DNA from: Ptychomitrium polyphyllum
Taxonomy: Eukaryota
Length of the DNA: 64,000 nt
Assembly (NCBI GenBank): GCA_973851085.1
Contig: OZ316775.1
Span: forward strand, 1,302,001 to 1,366,000
Direction: 5' to 3'
Shown here: in pieces, positions 51,537 to 64,000 of the stretch
Numbering within the stretch: position 1 is the first letter of the stretch
Layout: each line of letters opens with the position of its first letter
Notes under the pieces: generated by a model
What the model was told of the DNA's origin: nothing
The model's database searches: none
What the model saw: only the letters and a program-made list of their open reading frames with translations
Program-made: the position numbers and the translations under genes

Positions 51537-53747
51537 CGCGATCCTACACACAGAAGACAAATTCCGAACATGTAACGTCAGAGACATAACCGAGTTCAAC
51601 TGGCAGATTCATAGGTCCGATTTCCAAGTACCTAAGCAGATCATGGACTACGACCATCTCGTATTTGACCCGAGTATAAACTTTGTGTCTACACATGTAG
51701 GTTCTGAATCTTCAGATACCACTATGATAGAGAACAGAGTACTCGGAACATAGGCGCTGAAAATCTGACATTCTTCAACAGGGACGCTAGCACCTTGTAA
51801 GTGACTAAATTCCCAAGAATAACATCGTCCCTCAAATGCCAATGACAGGAAAAGAGACATCCCTGGTATACTAAACGTTTTGCACAAGAACATGACTTTA
51901 CAACGCCTTGCCATGGAATCTTGTACAGAAATCAACGAAAACTTGTACAATTTTGATAACCCGAGGTTGCAATGTGCTACATTACAACACTGGACAATCC
52001 CAAGACTCCATCGCCGCACCATCGAGCTTCTTATGTCAAAAAAGCCGCGAGGTCCTATCCAAGATTAAGATTCAAGAACGCAATACACATACCTTTGTCT
52101 CTACCCGCAAGTTTTGCCAGCTACGGGGCGGTTGAAGCAGAGGATAACGATGGTTTCGGCGATTCACAAAGTCATGCAATCCGCCCTCGCCGCCGCCACC
52201 ATGTCCGCAGGTTTGCACTCACAGGAAAGCCTACCCAAAAAGAACGGCAAGCTCAGAGAATAGCAAATTCCCAATAAATCCCCAAACTACACATTAACTG
52301 CAATTGATCAATGAACTATATCAAGAAACTACCATCAGTGGAGAACATAGATACAGAGGAAACGCACTTGCTTGAGTAAACGAGAGCTTGAAGAGCCAAG
52401 AGCTGCAAACAGAGGTGGAGGTGATCTCCCTTATAGAGCACACGATGGCCCCGCCACGGCGCCACCGCCGCCGCCTGTCCCGAAATGATCTCTTTCGCTT
52501 TCACAAGCCGGTTTTGGGTGGCCCTCTTCCGGCCCAGATTTCCACCTCCGGGGACACACCAACAAACCACCAAATCAACAACAAACCGCCACCACAACCA
52601 ACAGTATTTTAAGCTGTATCTGCAACTAAAGTGAGCCCTTGACACAAGCGACCGCTTGCTGCGTCAAAGCTGCTGCCCGAGGGTGGAGCACAGGGGCAAA
52701 GCATGTGCAAGTGCCCTTTTGGATCTCAACTTGTAACCACCAGCAGCGGCACATCGTGCGGCAGCGCCGCATCGTCAGGCTTGTGCTTGCAACGCTCGCG
52801 CATGTCACCTCTGGCTCCACAGGTACGACTTACCTGCATCAGAATTCCTCGCTCATCCTGCGAGGCTGCTCATCTCCATCGCCACCAGTCAACCATGTGC
52901 AGTCTTGCACTGCGCAATCACCGAAAAATGAATCCTTTAAAGTCCTAAAAAGCACCGCGAAGGTAAAAGTATGATCCGCGTCACCACCGAATGTTCACCG
53001 TTTTGGCCTCCCGACAGCGGCAGCCTTTGTAGTGTTGTGGTGTCACTGCGTGTAACTTTTCTTAGAAGTCATACATAAAACCGTCACATTCGATACATAA
53101 GCCCTAAACCGCCATTATCTATCTTCTTCGTAAAATGTGAATAAATATCTACTATTTTCGTCGATGGTGTTTATTTTTTTATGTGCACTTTCTGTTATTG
53201 CGGCGAAGCAGGATTGAGGGTGTTGAGTCTTACTACCATGGTGGCCGGGCCCTTATCCGCCCTAACTTCCCCTCGAGATGGTCGCGGTGATGACATAATA
53301 TCCGAAAAGCACTTGTATGCTGCATTTGTATCTGAGCGCCACCCTCATAGTACCGTAAGGTGTAGAATAGTGTGTGTCCTCTTGTTGGAATTAATATAAA
53401 AAAAGTTGAAAGTTCGAAGAACAAAGTTGAAATTTAAATGGTGGTCTTCCAAAATCCTTATGGTAGCTATGACTTGCATCACGTGTCTACGTTTAGTATC
53501 GGTGTGTCTTTATAAAAACTTTGCACTACTGTAACATACTTCATTGAAGTCTTTTCTTGATGTGTCGAGGTCCATATGTTATTGGCTTTTCTTCTTCGAC
53601 ATGGTTCATTGTGAAATTCATTTACTGGTTTTTGGGGATATAAATGGCATTGAGTTAATATATATATATACTGAAGCTTAGTTTCACACTTGCGGTTAAT
53701 GAAGTACGTTGAGGTAATATTCATTCGTCTGCAAAAACTTTACACAA

Positions 53748-53805
53748 TATTTGCAACCTTGACTGCCGCTATTTGCAACCTTGACTGCCGCTATTTGCAA
53801 CCTTG
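53748..53805. repeat. Tandem repeat, 22-bp unit TATTTGCAACCTTGACTGCCGC, about 2.6 copies
   Basis: Read directly. Confidence 0.9.
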
Positions 53806-56800
53806 GGTGCAGCTACTTTTTATCAGACACCACATGCACGAGCCAAAATTTCAGTCCAGACCAGTGAGGCCGCCTACACGCCACACATCATACATTGTGA
53901 TGCACTGGTAGCATTTTTGCGCCAATAATCGATGTCCAGGTAGGTCGTCCAGTCATCACTCATGTGACTCTCCAGTCAAGAATCCACTCTGTAACAGATG
54001 CCAAGAGTCGCCAGCATATCCCATTGAAGTAGATGAACTTACTAGTTACAGTCCTACAATATACAGCATGCTTGCTCCTCTCACTGCCTATTGGATGGTC
54101 TGCCTGCAAGAGTCCTTGTTATTGTTGTCTCTACCCACAGGGGAGACGACTAGGGAAAAGATAAAGGAAAGATCAAGGGAAGATCAAGGAGAAGTCTTTA
54201 TCCATGGAAAACGCGTTTTTAATTGAGTTTTCAATCGTAGTTAATATTTTGATTTAATTTTTTAAACGAAGTTTACTACGAAAGTCATAGATGATATGTT
54301 TTTATCAGAAGTAATATATTTATGGATGCATGTTTGTGAAGTGGTCATATACACGTTTGTCAAATATTTTAATGCATATATGGCACATGTTTTAATGCAT
54401 GCATATTTTATGTATATGTGTGTCAATGGGCATACATGTATACAAATACAATGTGATACAATGCATTTGAACACATCTTATACATGCTTTTATGTCTTTA
54501 AAATGAAATGAGATTTTATAGGTTTGTCAAAAATAATTAAATATTATACTAGTATAAATATGAAATTCTAAAGTTTCATATTAAGATTTTTTAAAGATTG
54601 GACTTGTATTGTTATAATTAGGGAGGTGTTTTGAATGTTAAGTGATGATTGGAAGTTGTTTTGAGCTCTTCTTTGTATTAAGGCCATCAAATCTTTACTA
54701 TACTATAATTGTTTTTAGTTCTTTGCAATCAAAAGTTTAGTTGATTTAGAAGAAAAAACATTGAAATTTATTTTTAGGTTGAATACTTTTTAAAAATTCT
54801 ATTTAGATTAAAAAATTTAGAAAAAAAGATTCTGGAAAAAAATTTGGGTTGTTGAAATTATTTTTAATTTGAATTTGTGTTATTTTTGGTTGCACAACAT
54901 TGTAGATGTTTTAGTGCAATGCATGCCTTGAAGTTCTTTTGGATTCTTTTTGAATTTGTAGCATTAAATACCTCTAATCATCTTCCATTTCAAAGTTTGT
55001 AAGTTTATTTTGAACCAAAAATAATCATTAAAACCTTATTTTCATTCAATACTTGACATTTAAACTTCTTCTTAATTTAAAAGCCTATATTTGAACTTTA
55101 GAACTTGTAATTTAGTCCAAATTTAAAAAAAAATCTTATAATTCTAATATTATTGGTAAACCTACTATTTTTTGTTGACACCAAAAAAATACAAAATTGT
55201 TTTTGACATATTGATGAATTGTTCATATATTCTTATTTATTCAAAAATCCATAATACTTGTTCATTGTTAATTTAATAGCTATTGTAATAGGACATATCC
55301 ATGATATACACATGCAATAATGGCTATTTATTGATTTTTTTCAATATCATTTTAACAAAAAAGAAGAAAATTGGAGGTCTCTATTTATTTTGGAGAATTG
55401 ATATTGGAGAAGCATTTGTTTGTATCTTATGTTGTATCTTTATCTACTTGACATGAACCAAGAATGTACACCTATTGTTTTTTAAAAGAACATAAATTCT
55501 AAAATATATTATGAACATGACAGAAATAAAATAAGAATAAAACTAATTCACTAAGATAGAGTTAAATCTAAAAGTTGATGGACTGAACATCAGATTTGTG
55601 TAGAGAATTTATTGCTAAACTATAAATTCTACAAATTGTATACAAATTAAATTTGTTTAAATAGTCCTGTGGTGCGCTTGATATTATTAGTGAGCAATTA
55701 CAAAGGCATGGAATGTAAATATTTTCTTTCAACAACTTACTCTGAAAAATCTAGTTTACAGAGTGTATTGCATTCATCACAAGGGTATCACAAGGGTATC
55801 ATAAGGGTGGAGATAGCGGTTAGCTGCTTGTTAACAACTTACATGTTGAAGGACGGTACTGAAAAAGCGGTCTGTGACTGACTCAATCCAACAGGTTTGC
55901 ACCAACCAACACGTCCATTTCAGTTCGGCCGAGTTAATCTAAGTCTTGTGTGACTGCTTTTCATTGAAACCTATCTGATGGCGTCTCAAAAGTCCACAAA
56001 AGTGAAACGCTGTGTAACAGTCAGCTGTGAGGATAAAAAGCAGACTAATGGTTGTCAACATGTCATTTGGGGGCCTAACCAAGTCAGCATCTTCAAATTG
56101 TTGCACCTCGGCTTCAGCAAGGTTAGTTTCTTTCCATCCAATCGGTTTGAATTGGATGTTTCTGTTTGAGAATCTTGTCTCCCTGCAGACAAGGTATGGT
56201 TCTAAACTTTTAGTACAGATTAGCACTTGAATCCATATAACCAACAAGTCATGTTTCATCCAACAGCACTGGTTGTCAGTAGGTGTATACAGTAGTACAG
56301 TATATTTCTGAAGCAGTTGAAAAAGTGAACTGTTGATTGGGATTTGGAAGACTTGCACCAGGTTGCAACAGTTGTTTGATCCATCGATTGTTTCTAGTGA
56401 AGAGATTCTTTGCCAGGGAGTTTCGGAACCTCCTCTTGGATACTGTAGTGGATCTATAACCTCTCCAAAAAGAAACTAAGTGCAGCAGTTTTGCAGCACA
56501 TTAGTGAGGGGCTGAGGAATTATATAACCATCCTCAAAAAGTTTGCTGAACTGAATTCGTCTTGTAGTTTATACAAATTTTCAGGAGTCTGGAGGATGTA
56601 AAATACTGGTACTTTAGAGAAGTTCGGCCTTTTCAATGAGGTGACCTATTTGATCACTTTGCCAAGAGAAAACAGTACTCTCAAGGTCTCGAGCTCCCAA
56701 CATTGTCCTTCCTACATTAGACCAGGTCTAAGTTAAGTTGCATCGATTTCTCAAGAGGCACCAGATAACGTAGAGCTTCTTTTGAGAAGTCTACATTTCA

Positions 56801-57546
56801 GTCTATAGGTCCTGCAATAACAACGCTGGTGTACAAACAATTCTAAACAGCCCCGTGAAGGGAGAACATTGACCAATACAAAGAAAGTGTTAAACTTACA
56901 GGGCTCTTATCACATTTACGGGACTTATGTAAACAAAGTGATTTGACCGAAGTGAGTCAATCATTTGTAGACACATTCTAATTTCATGTAGTGGATAATA
57001 TCTTCAAGATTCAAAGGCCAATTGAAGCTGTAGTGGAGATTTGTGTGAAGTAAGAGATAAAATAGCAGGTTAGCAAGAAATGTTTTCTGTCAGATGTACA
57101 TAGCAAGTGTAAAGTCAAAACATTTGTCAAACTGACTCAATCTTTACGTGAAAAATTACAAACTATTAATGCTACCAAACGGCCAAACGTTGGTGTCTAA
57201 ATCCATTTAACGAGTATACATCGTTTCTTGTTATGAAATGGCAGCTAGAAAAACCAAACATCGAACTGCACACAAATGAAGACCAACACGCACAATCTAC
57301 AAGTAGACGACCTTACATAGCGAAGACCTATCTTTGATCCGATCTGACAAAGAACAGTCTTAATTTCTTCGTTTCGTATCTGTCTTGGCACACTACCACA
57401 TAGCGAAAGATCCCAAAAAAACGCTCATGCGTGAAATCCACTCCAGACAAAACTGTACATACTGCAAGACCGACTTTCTTTATATTTTTTGGGTTCAATC
57501 TGATGCCAAGAGAACATCCCCAAGTTTTGCCAACTGGATGAATGTC

Positions 57547-59689
57547 TCAGGAGCTTGCATGGCCTGGAGCCAAATCAGGTGGTCTGGGGATATTTTGCCA
57601 CCCTGCAATGCTGGACACTTTTTTTCTCAAAACATCATTAGCGCGCTCGAGTGTCCATGAGGGATAGAAGCTCTCAGCCCGAAACACTTTCTCTGGGTGC
57701 TGTTGATGCCCCTGGGCACCTTTCAAAAGTATATCCCCTTCCGATCGGATACTGCCCGATTCCTCACATTGTTTATCACCGGCCTGTTTTGGACAAGACG
57801 ATATCAATGAACAGAATTGCAAGCGCGAACACACGTGGTTTCAAAAGGCTTGCAAGACAAACGATCATGGCCTGTATGCGAGTTCCTCTGTGGATACCCA
57901 TATGAAGCTTTCCCATATTCAACTTCAGTATACGTAAAGATTCTTAACGAGCAGTATCATTCTTAGTTGCCCCATACACATCTGAAGAAGAATGTTAGCT
58001 ACAGTACGGGAGGAGCTGCTCAAAGAACGAACAATGAGAGTGGGTACAGCGATTACCTTTTCAGTGTAATACTCAAAAGCTTTCAACTTGCTGGCAGCTT
58101 CATAAATACAACCCTGGGATAGAATCTGCATAAAATAATCGATCATGACTATGACATCATTAATTGAAGGACACTCTTCAAGAAAATTTATGGTGTCAAT
58201 GACAAATTCTGGAAGTTCCATGCAAATTATGACCCCATTGGATAAATAGAGTTTGAGCTCATCGACCACTCAGCAGGATTGGTAATTTAATGCAGCTGCT
58301 GTTTTAGTTGTTTTAAACAAAATAAATTAAAACATGCGAAAATTAAGCAAAATTTCATGACATACATTCTGCCGGTACTGCGACACTCTGTTTAAAACTT
58401 CCCCTTAAAAAAAGCTGTATAGAATAGTGAAGAATGTTTACCTGAGCCTCAACACTGGCGCAAATGGCATAAACCGTCCATCCTCGTGTGTAATTATTAT
58501 AGAGGTGCACTTTCCCAAAGCGCAAGCGTGGATGTCGTTGTTTTGTTCCATCAAAGAAACAGTGATGAATTGTAACCCGAATACAGCGGTCACCCACGTG
58601 CTTTGGATCGGCCCCTACCAGCATTGTTTTATCATGTTTACTGAAATGACATCTGACGTTTAGATAGCTTATTGTTAGGAGTAGTACGCAATCACAGTTT
58701 CCGATCGAGGGAGAGATAATCAGGAAAAATTCATCACTCCCTACCTCTAATTTTCTTGATCTGTATAAGCCAAGTTCATCTATCAATGGCTGAGTAATGA
58801 CCAGATGGTACTATACTCTACACTTGGTTTGCACTCAAATAAATCTAGCTCACTCAAGGGATAGCCGCATAAAGAGCAGATGCACATTCTTCCAGCTATC
58901 GAACAAACATTCAAATGAACAGGTTATTGTTTACCTTGAAACAGTAATGCCAGTAGACTCCCGGGTGATGTCGATACAACCATCGTCAAAATCTGATATT
59001 GAACATCGGTCCACCCAGACATGCTTTACATTTGGCTTCATTTGTATGCCATCAATATCATGACCTCGGCCGCCATCCAAAATCAAATTACAGATTATTA
59101 CATGTTCGCATTGCTTGAGTTGCAGACCCTTTCCGGTGATCCTTATGCACTGACCTCGCCCATCAATGGTCTTATATGACTGCACCCGGCAGTAAGACGA
59201 CAGAGTGATCGTGCCAGATACCTCGAACACAATCCAAAGCGGTTGACTCTTACGGCATCCTTCACGTAATGTGCCAGGTCCATCATCTGGTCAACAAGGT
59301 TACCACCACATCAAGCTTGGTCCATCAGAATGTCTCCAGGTAAGGAACAATTATCTGACTCAGCCAAATAAGCCTTTTCTTGCCGCAGTAAGTGGTGGAG
59401 TACTAAAATGCTGAATAGGAGCATATTCCACATCACTCAAACCCTTTCTTAATGAAATTGCATACTATTACTCAAGATATCATGTTCCTTTATGGCATGG
59501 GATGACACATACTGGCTAATTCTTTTCAAATAACACAAAGGAGCAGCAGAAGTTACACTAACCAGCTAAAGAGGTGACATGGTAGATTTCTCCATTCAAA
59601 CCCCCAATCGAGCCATGACCAAACCCTTCAGCAGCACCTGCTAATCCGCGGAGGTAGGTGTCCACCCCTGCGTATGGCCCCACTGCCAT
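57547..59689 (-). CDS. Pectate lyase-like protein (PL1), type lacking a signal peptide, about 331 aa
   Basis: Exons 59689-59563, 59286-58935, 58652-58442, 58125-58057 and 57783-57547 (996 nt, in frame). Motifs AEGFG..SIGG..G.IYHVTSLADDGPGTLREGC, KTIDGRG, VWVDRCS..DFDDGCIDI and RHPRLRFGKVHLYNNY. An upstream in-frame start is possible. Confidence 0.9.
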
Positions 59690-61123
59690 TGTCTCAGCAC
59701 CAAATGTGTCTTGCTGCTGCGGTTGCGATGGAGGAAAAGGGGGACTCAGAGACTGGCGACGTCCCAGCCCACAAAACCAACACATCTATGCTTAATCTTC
59801 TGTCCCCCTACTAGTAAATCGGCACGTTGATACCCGCAACGCTTACCGCACCCTGAACAAACATCTCTTAGGCCCTGGCTGTCAGTCATTCCCATCTTCG
59901 ATTATCCTCTCAAGATAAAATTAGGTCTCAATACGCAACTAGCCTAAAAAGGATGCAAATGAATCATCGAAGCTTTAAGACTCATTTCCCATTCTTACAC
60001 CATGCCACAAGTGGCCATGGGTTTGTGTCAGAATGTCTCGGCACAATAGATTCTAGAATGTGCTTAATATGTCAAACGAACGCACCGAGGTCCAAATGGT
60101 GATCTCAATACCCGAAATCAACCAGTACTACCTTCCCGCAAATTTTACCCCTGATGCTCAATACAGCTGAGGGAGACAGATTTACTCAGAACTGATTCTC
60201 AATCATATGAACATACCTAAGAGAAAGGAGGCGCCACTGCGGACTAGAACTTCTGAACGAACAGACCAATAAGGAATGCGAATTGAAGGACATCAACTCA
60301 AAATTCTATTCGTACACACCATTTTGACCCAGAAATTATAGTCGATACACTGCATTGCCATCTCGAACGCACACAAAGAAAGTGAAAACTCATGCCCAGA
60401 GAGTTTCATCGAAGTGAAGTAATGAAAAAAGGGTTTCCTGATTCTAACCCCTGTTCAGAATGCCAGAAACTGGCGACCTAATGGTATCAGCAAAATCATA
60501 AGAAACCCACCTGGGGGGAGCGCTGGAAGTGAGAAATGAGCCACCGATCCAAGTGTAGACAGAAGTACAGGCGTGATTCAGAAACCCAGAAAGAAAACGC
60601 GTGGGAAGTATAGGAAATTGGCAGGAACTTCGCAGTGGCAATGGTGCAGAGCAGTGAGGACTCAAGGTGATGGTGAGATCCTCGCCGTGACGAGCCCCTC
60701 TCTGCGCTGTGACCCTCACGCTGACTAATTGAAGGTTTGCTGCTCCTTCGATGAGACAGCCGATGGCCTAAAATTGCCGTTCCAAGTGGGCCAGACCGCA
60801 TCTCCCTGCGCCACGTAGTTCAACGACCTGGAGTTCGTATTATTGCTGCGTTAGCACTCGTTTCCAGACTTTTATCAACCACGATATGAACTTCCTCAAT
60901 CTTTCATGACAAGATGAGTTCCAACATCGTCACTAACGATGGTTCTTCTTTTATTTTTATGTTAATCCAATTCAGCTATCAATATATCACTAAGATTAAA
61001 CTTAGATGTAGTTTTTTGTGAAGAGTCTCAGAGCCTCAATCGGTATGTGGTGCTAGTCGACAAGGTCATGGATAGAAGGACCAAAGCAGGTGCCTTCAAA
61101 GAAAGAACGATCATAATTGTCGT

Positions 61124-62790
61124 CTAACTGAACGTATTCTCTCCACCGAAATTCATCTCCAAAGATGAGGTTAGGTCTAGACTATGAGCTGCTCCATAAT
61201 CCAGTGGCAGAGCTGTAAACCCATCCCGAAAGTCCTCTTCTAACACTCTATAGCACATAGTGTCATAATCCATGACAAGCTGCACCATTATGGGTTGAAC
61301 TTTCTTGAGAGCAATCTCCACTCCCTTGGTAAGGCATTGACTACTAAAATGATCAATGGATCCGCCACCTTGTCTTTCATTCTGGAAACGAATCACACCA
61401 ACCCGCCGTCACATGCCAGCATTGTATCAAAACAGCGGTCATGCGGGGTTGCCACTTCAAAAGCATTCCATTTGCTCGACTTAATACCCCTTAACCAACT
61501 TGCAAACACTTCCAAATCACGTCGGTTACCTTCAGAGACCCCTGCAAGCATCTGAGAATTAGGTTCGGCACTTGCACATAATTGCCTGAATCCAGGCTCT
61601 TGTGCTATTCAGGCGAATGATGTTGGTCAATGGCATGCGTGCAAATACCATCTGCAATACAACTCCTGGCAAATTGCTCCAAACTGCGGGGTCCATGAGC
61701 TCCTTGTGATGTGCACAGGAATGCTTACATACCCCTCCCCTCTGATTCTCCTTCCACCTGCATCTCCTCTTCTCTCTCTTCGAATCGGCTCATTGCCTGC
61801 TGAAGCTCTTAAGAATGCGAGTTTTTTCAGGGAAGCATTTTCCTCTTCCAAGGTAGCAATAAGTTGCGTTAACTGGGCAACAAGCTGTTGATCGTTTACA
61901 TCCTCGTCTATTACCTTCATAACCTCTCACCCTAAACCGGACTCCAACGTCGCTACGTTCCGCCGGAAAATCAGAAAAGAATTGAACCTCGTTACCACCT
62001 TCAGATCCTAGTTCAACGTCACCCAACACAGATGCTTACAAAAATAGAACTCATCTGAGCGAAGCTGAGGGTCGAAAAGGCAGCAGGATGATCTGCACCA
62101 CTTAGACACAATTGTGAACATTTTTGCACGGTAATATTGATGGTTGTCTACTCGCTGTGAACAGTCCCTTCCCCCGGGTCAATTCCCTAAGAGAAAAGTT
62201 GAAAAGGTGCGCCTACACCACCCTAAACGATACAAATTACCATCCCATTCCCTAAGTTGCTTAGCTTCGGAATCTGCCGTGAGTATTCCGACTCCTCACC
62301 TTCCTGCTTCGGCTGCAAGCTCCCTCAAGCTCCATCAACAGCTTCACCGCTTGTAAAACTCGTCCTTCCTCTCGTTCAGGGAATTGTGAATTGATACAAT
62401 TCTCGAAGATGGAAATCTCTGCGGAGATTACAGCATGCATCGAAGTTGACAGACTTGTGCTTAAATAATAAGTTTCCTTCAAGACCTTCCTTGCATCTGA
62501 AGCCTCATCCACCAGTCCCAACAATACTAGTGACTACTGGTTCACTCATCGTCATGACTTCGCTGCTCTCATCCGAACTCCTTGATCCTGATGAAAGGGC
62601 AAAATCTAGCGGGATATACTTCAAGTCGAAGGCCTATGGGACCACACCAAACTTGTCGTGTAGGTGCTTGATGCAGGCCGGCGAGTGCAAGAAATCCCGT
62701 ACAACTATATCCGGAAGGTTTTGTCAGTGGGAAAATAGGCCTGCATATTCCTCAAGTGGGTGCTGACACCAGCGAAGAGCCTGCTTCATA
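61124..62790 (-). pseudogene. Decayed protein-coding relic of uncertain family (helical/coiled-coil)
   Basis: A chain of protein-like minus-strand segments joined by frameshifts and isolated stops, e.g. PLEEYAGLFSH*QNLPDIVVRDFLHS, LGLVDEASDARKVLKETYYLS..LLMELEGAC, QQLVAQLTQLIATLEEENASLKK, LEVFASWLRGIKSSKWNAFEV. Confidence 0.5.
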
Positions 62791-63398
62791 TGCATCTTCT
62801 AGAGCTGTACCATCGAAGACCACTGCATAGAATGTTAGTCTTCAAGCGACGTCTGGTAACGCAGTATATTACCAAGTGGAAAGCCCACTTCTTCTAAAGA
62901 TTCAAGAATGTACTAGGTGTTCTCTGTTGAAGGCACCTCAACTGGAGTAGGTTGGCACTAGAAAGTTATTGATCAGATTGCAATAAAACGGTGCTGGACT
63001 AAGAGCATTTAGCTTGTGACTAACATACTTGTGTAACGAGAATCCAGATGGCTGCGTTTCTTCTGCAAGTTACAGAAACATACAACTGTAGAAGATCCCA
63101 CGACTTAAGGATGCGTGTTTGATTTGAGTCACAAGCACTGACATATATTCCGTAAGCATCAACCTTTAGCAGGCATTCACACTATGTTCTTAGATGTTTT
63201 CGAAGTAGATCACTCTAAAATATATAGGTAAGGGAAAAAAAGAAATTCCTCTAAAGTGCAGTATGCCAAGCAACGTTTCCGACTTGGAGAACAAGGCAAT
63301 CTGGCAGCCATGCTACTAAACGCAACAGATAGCTCACTATTACAGTGGTTAAAATTGATTCCGAAGTGTGAAAATCTATTCTTCAGTCTTATTTATAG

Positions 63399-64000
63399 GA
63401 CTTTCCGTCGTCAACGAGAATCTGCTTAAGAAGTATTTTGTCCGTCTGGTGGCTTATTATCGGCCTTGGATTGGGCAGAGCAATCCTCAATTGGAAAAAA
63501 ATATAAACACGTCAGCAGAAGACATGGCTAGTATTGCTGATGCATTGGGCATGGGCAACAAGTTCCGCGTCTTCGTTCATGGTGGCGGCGCTGTGTATGC
63601 ATGGGCTGCACTCCATTGCATTCCTATTCGATTGGCTAGTAATCTTCCCTTCTTTTCATTGAGGTATTTTAACGTGCACTACCAACGAGCCCAGTGCTCC
63701 GTTAAAGACACTGGTAGAGAATATAGTAGAACAGTGGCAGTTATTTTACTCGCTGACTGCATTTCTGAGGAACTCAGTTGGTTGATACTATGATTTACAG
63801 GAGTAGCAATGTTTGGACCTTTGATGACCCCCGACGCCTGAATATTACAAAGGAAGAAAGCAAAGCCATGTGGGCTGGTTTGGGTTCTTTGAAGTCGACA
63901 TTCCAATATTTTCGGCACTTCCCTTCTTTTGTTCTTGGGAAACTCAAGGGCAGCATAAAGAAGGTCAATAAATACGTAAAGAGTACTACAAAGCGTGTCA
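63399..64000 (+). pseudogene. Alpha/beta-hydrolase family gene fragment, degenerate; runs off the window end
   Basis: Exon about 63399-63638: VRLVAYYRPWIGQSNPQ..SAEDMASIADALGMGNKF.VFVHGGGAVYAWAALHCIP.RLA. Exon from 63801: GVAMFGP, then a frameshift/stop before NITKEESKAMW. The nucleophile-elbow Ser is missing. Confidence 0.75.

Noticed and set aside
52640..53030. GCWGC-rich motifs upstream of NRAMP as metal-response elements
   Set aside because: Short motifs in GC-rich DNA, not distinguishable from chance without an enrichment test.

Overview
This is eukaryotic plant genomic DNA with GT-AG spliced genes separated by very AT-rich decayed-transposon DNA. Gene and TE content suggest a moss such as Physcomitrium (inference). 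The dominant structure is a near-perfect inverted duplication: 9,170-bp arms at 10288-19457 and 27308-36477, with partner coordinates always summing to 46765 and only one mismatch seen. Each arm carries a complete 8-coding-exon RBP45/47 (RBP47B'-type) RNA-binding gene and the same dead MULE transposase fragment. The 7.85-kb spacer holds an old, decayed Ty3/Gypsy chromovirus. Also present: a frameshifted SERK-like LRR gene, a solo LTR, a small foldback element, a DUF1223 thioredoxin-fold gene, CDSP32, an MntH-like NRAMP with an intronless CDS, a pectate-lyase-like gene, and two decayed gene relics at the right end. All coordinates and alignments were read by hand.
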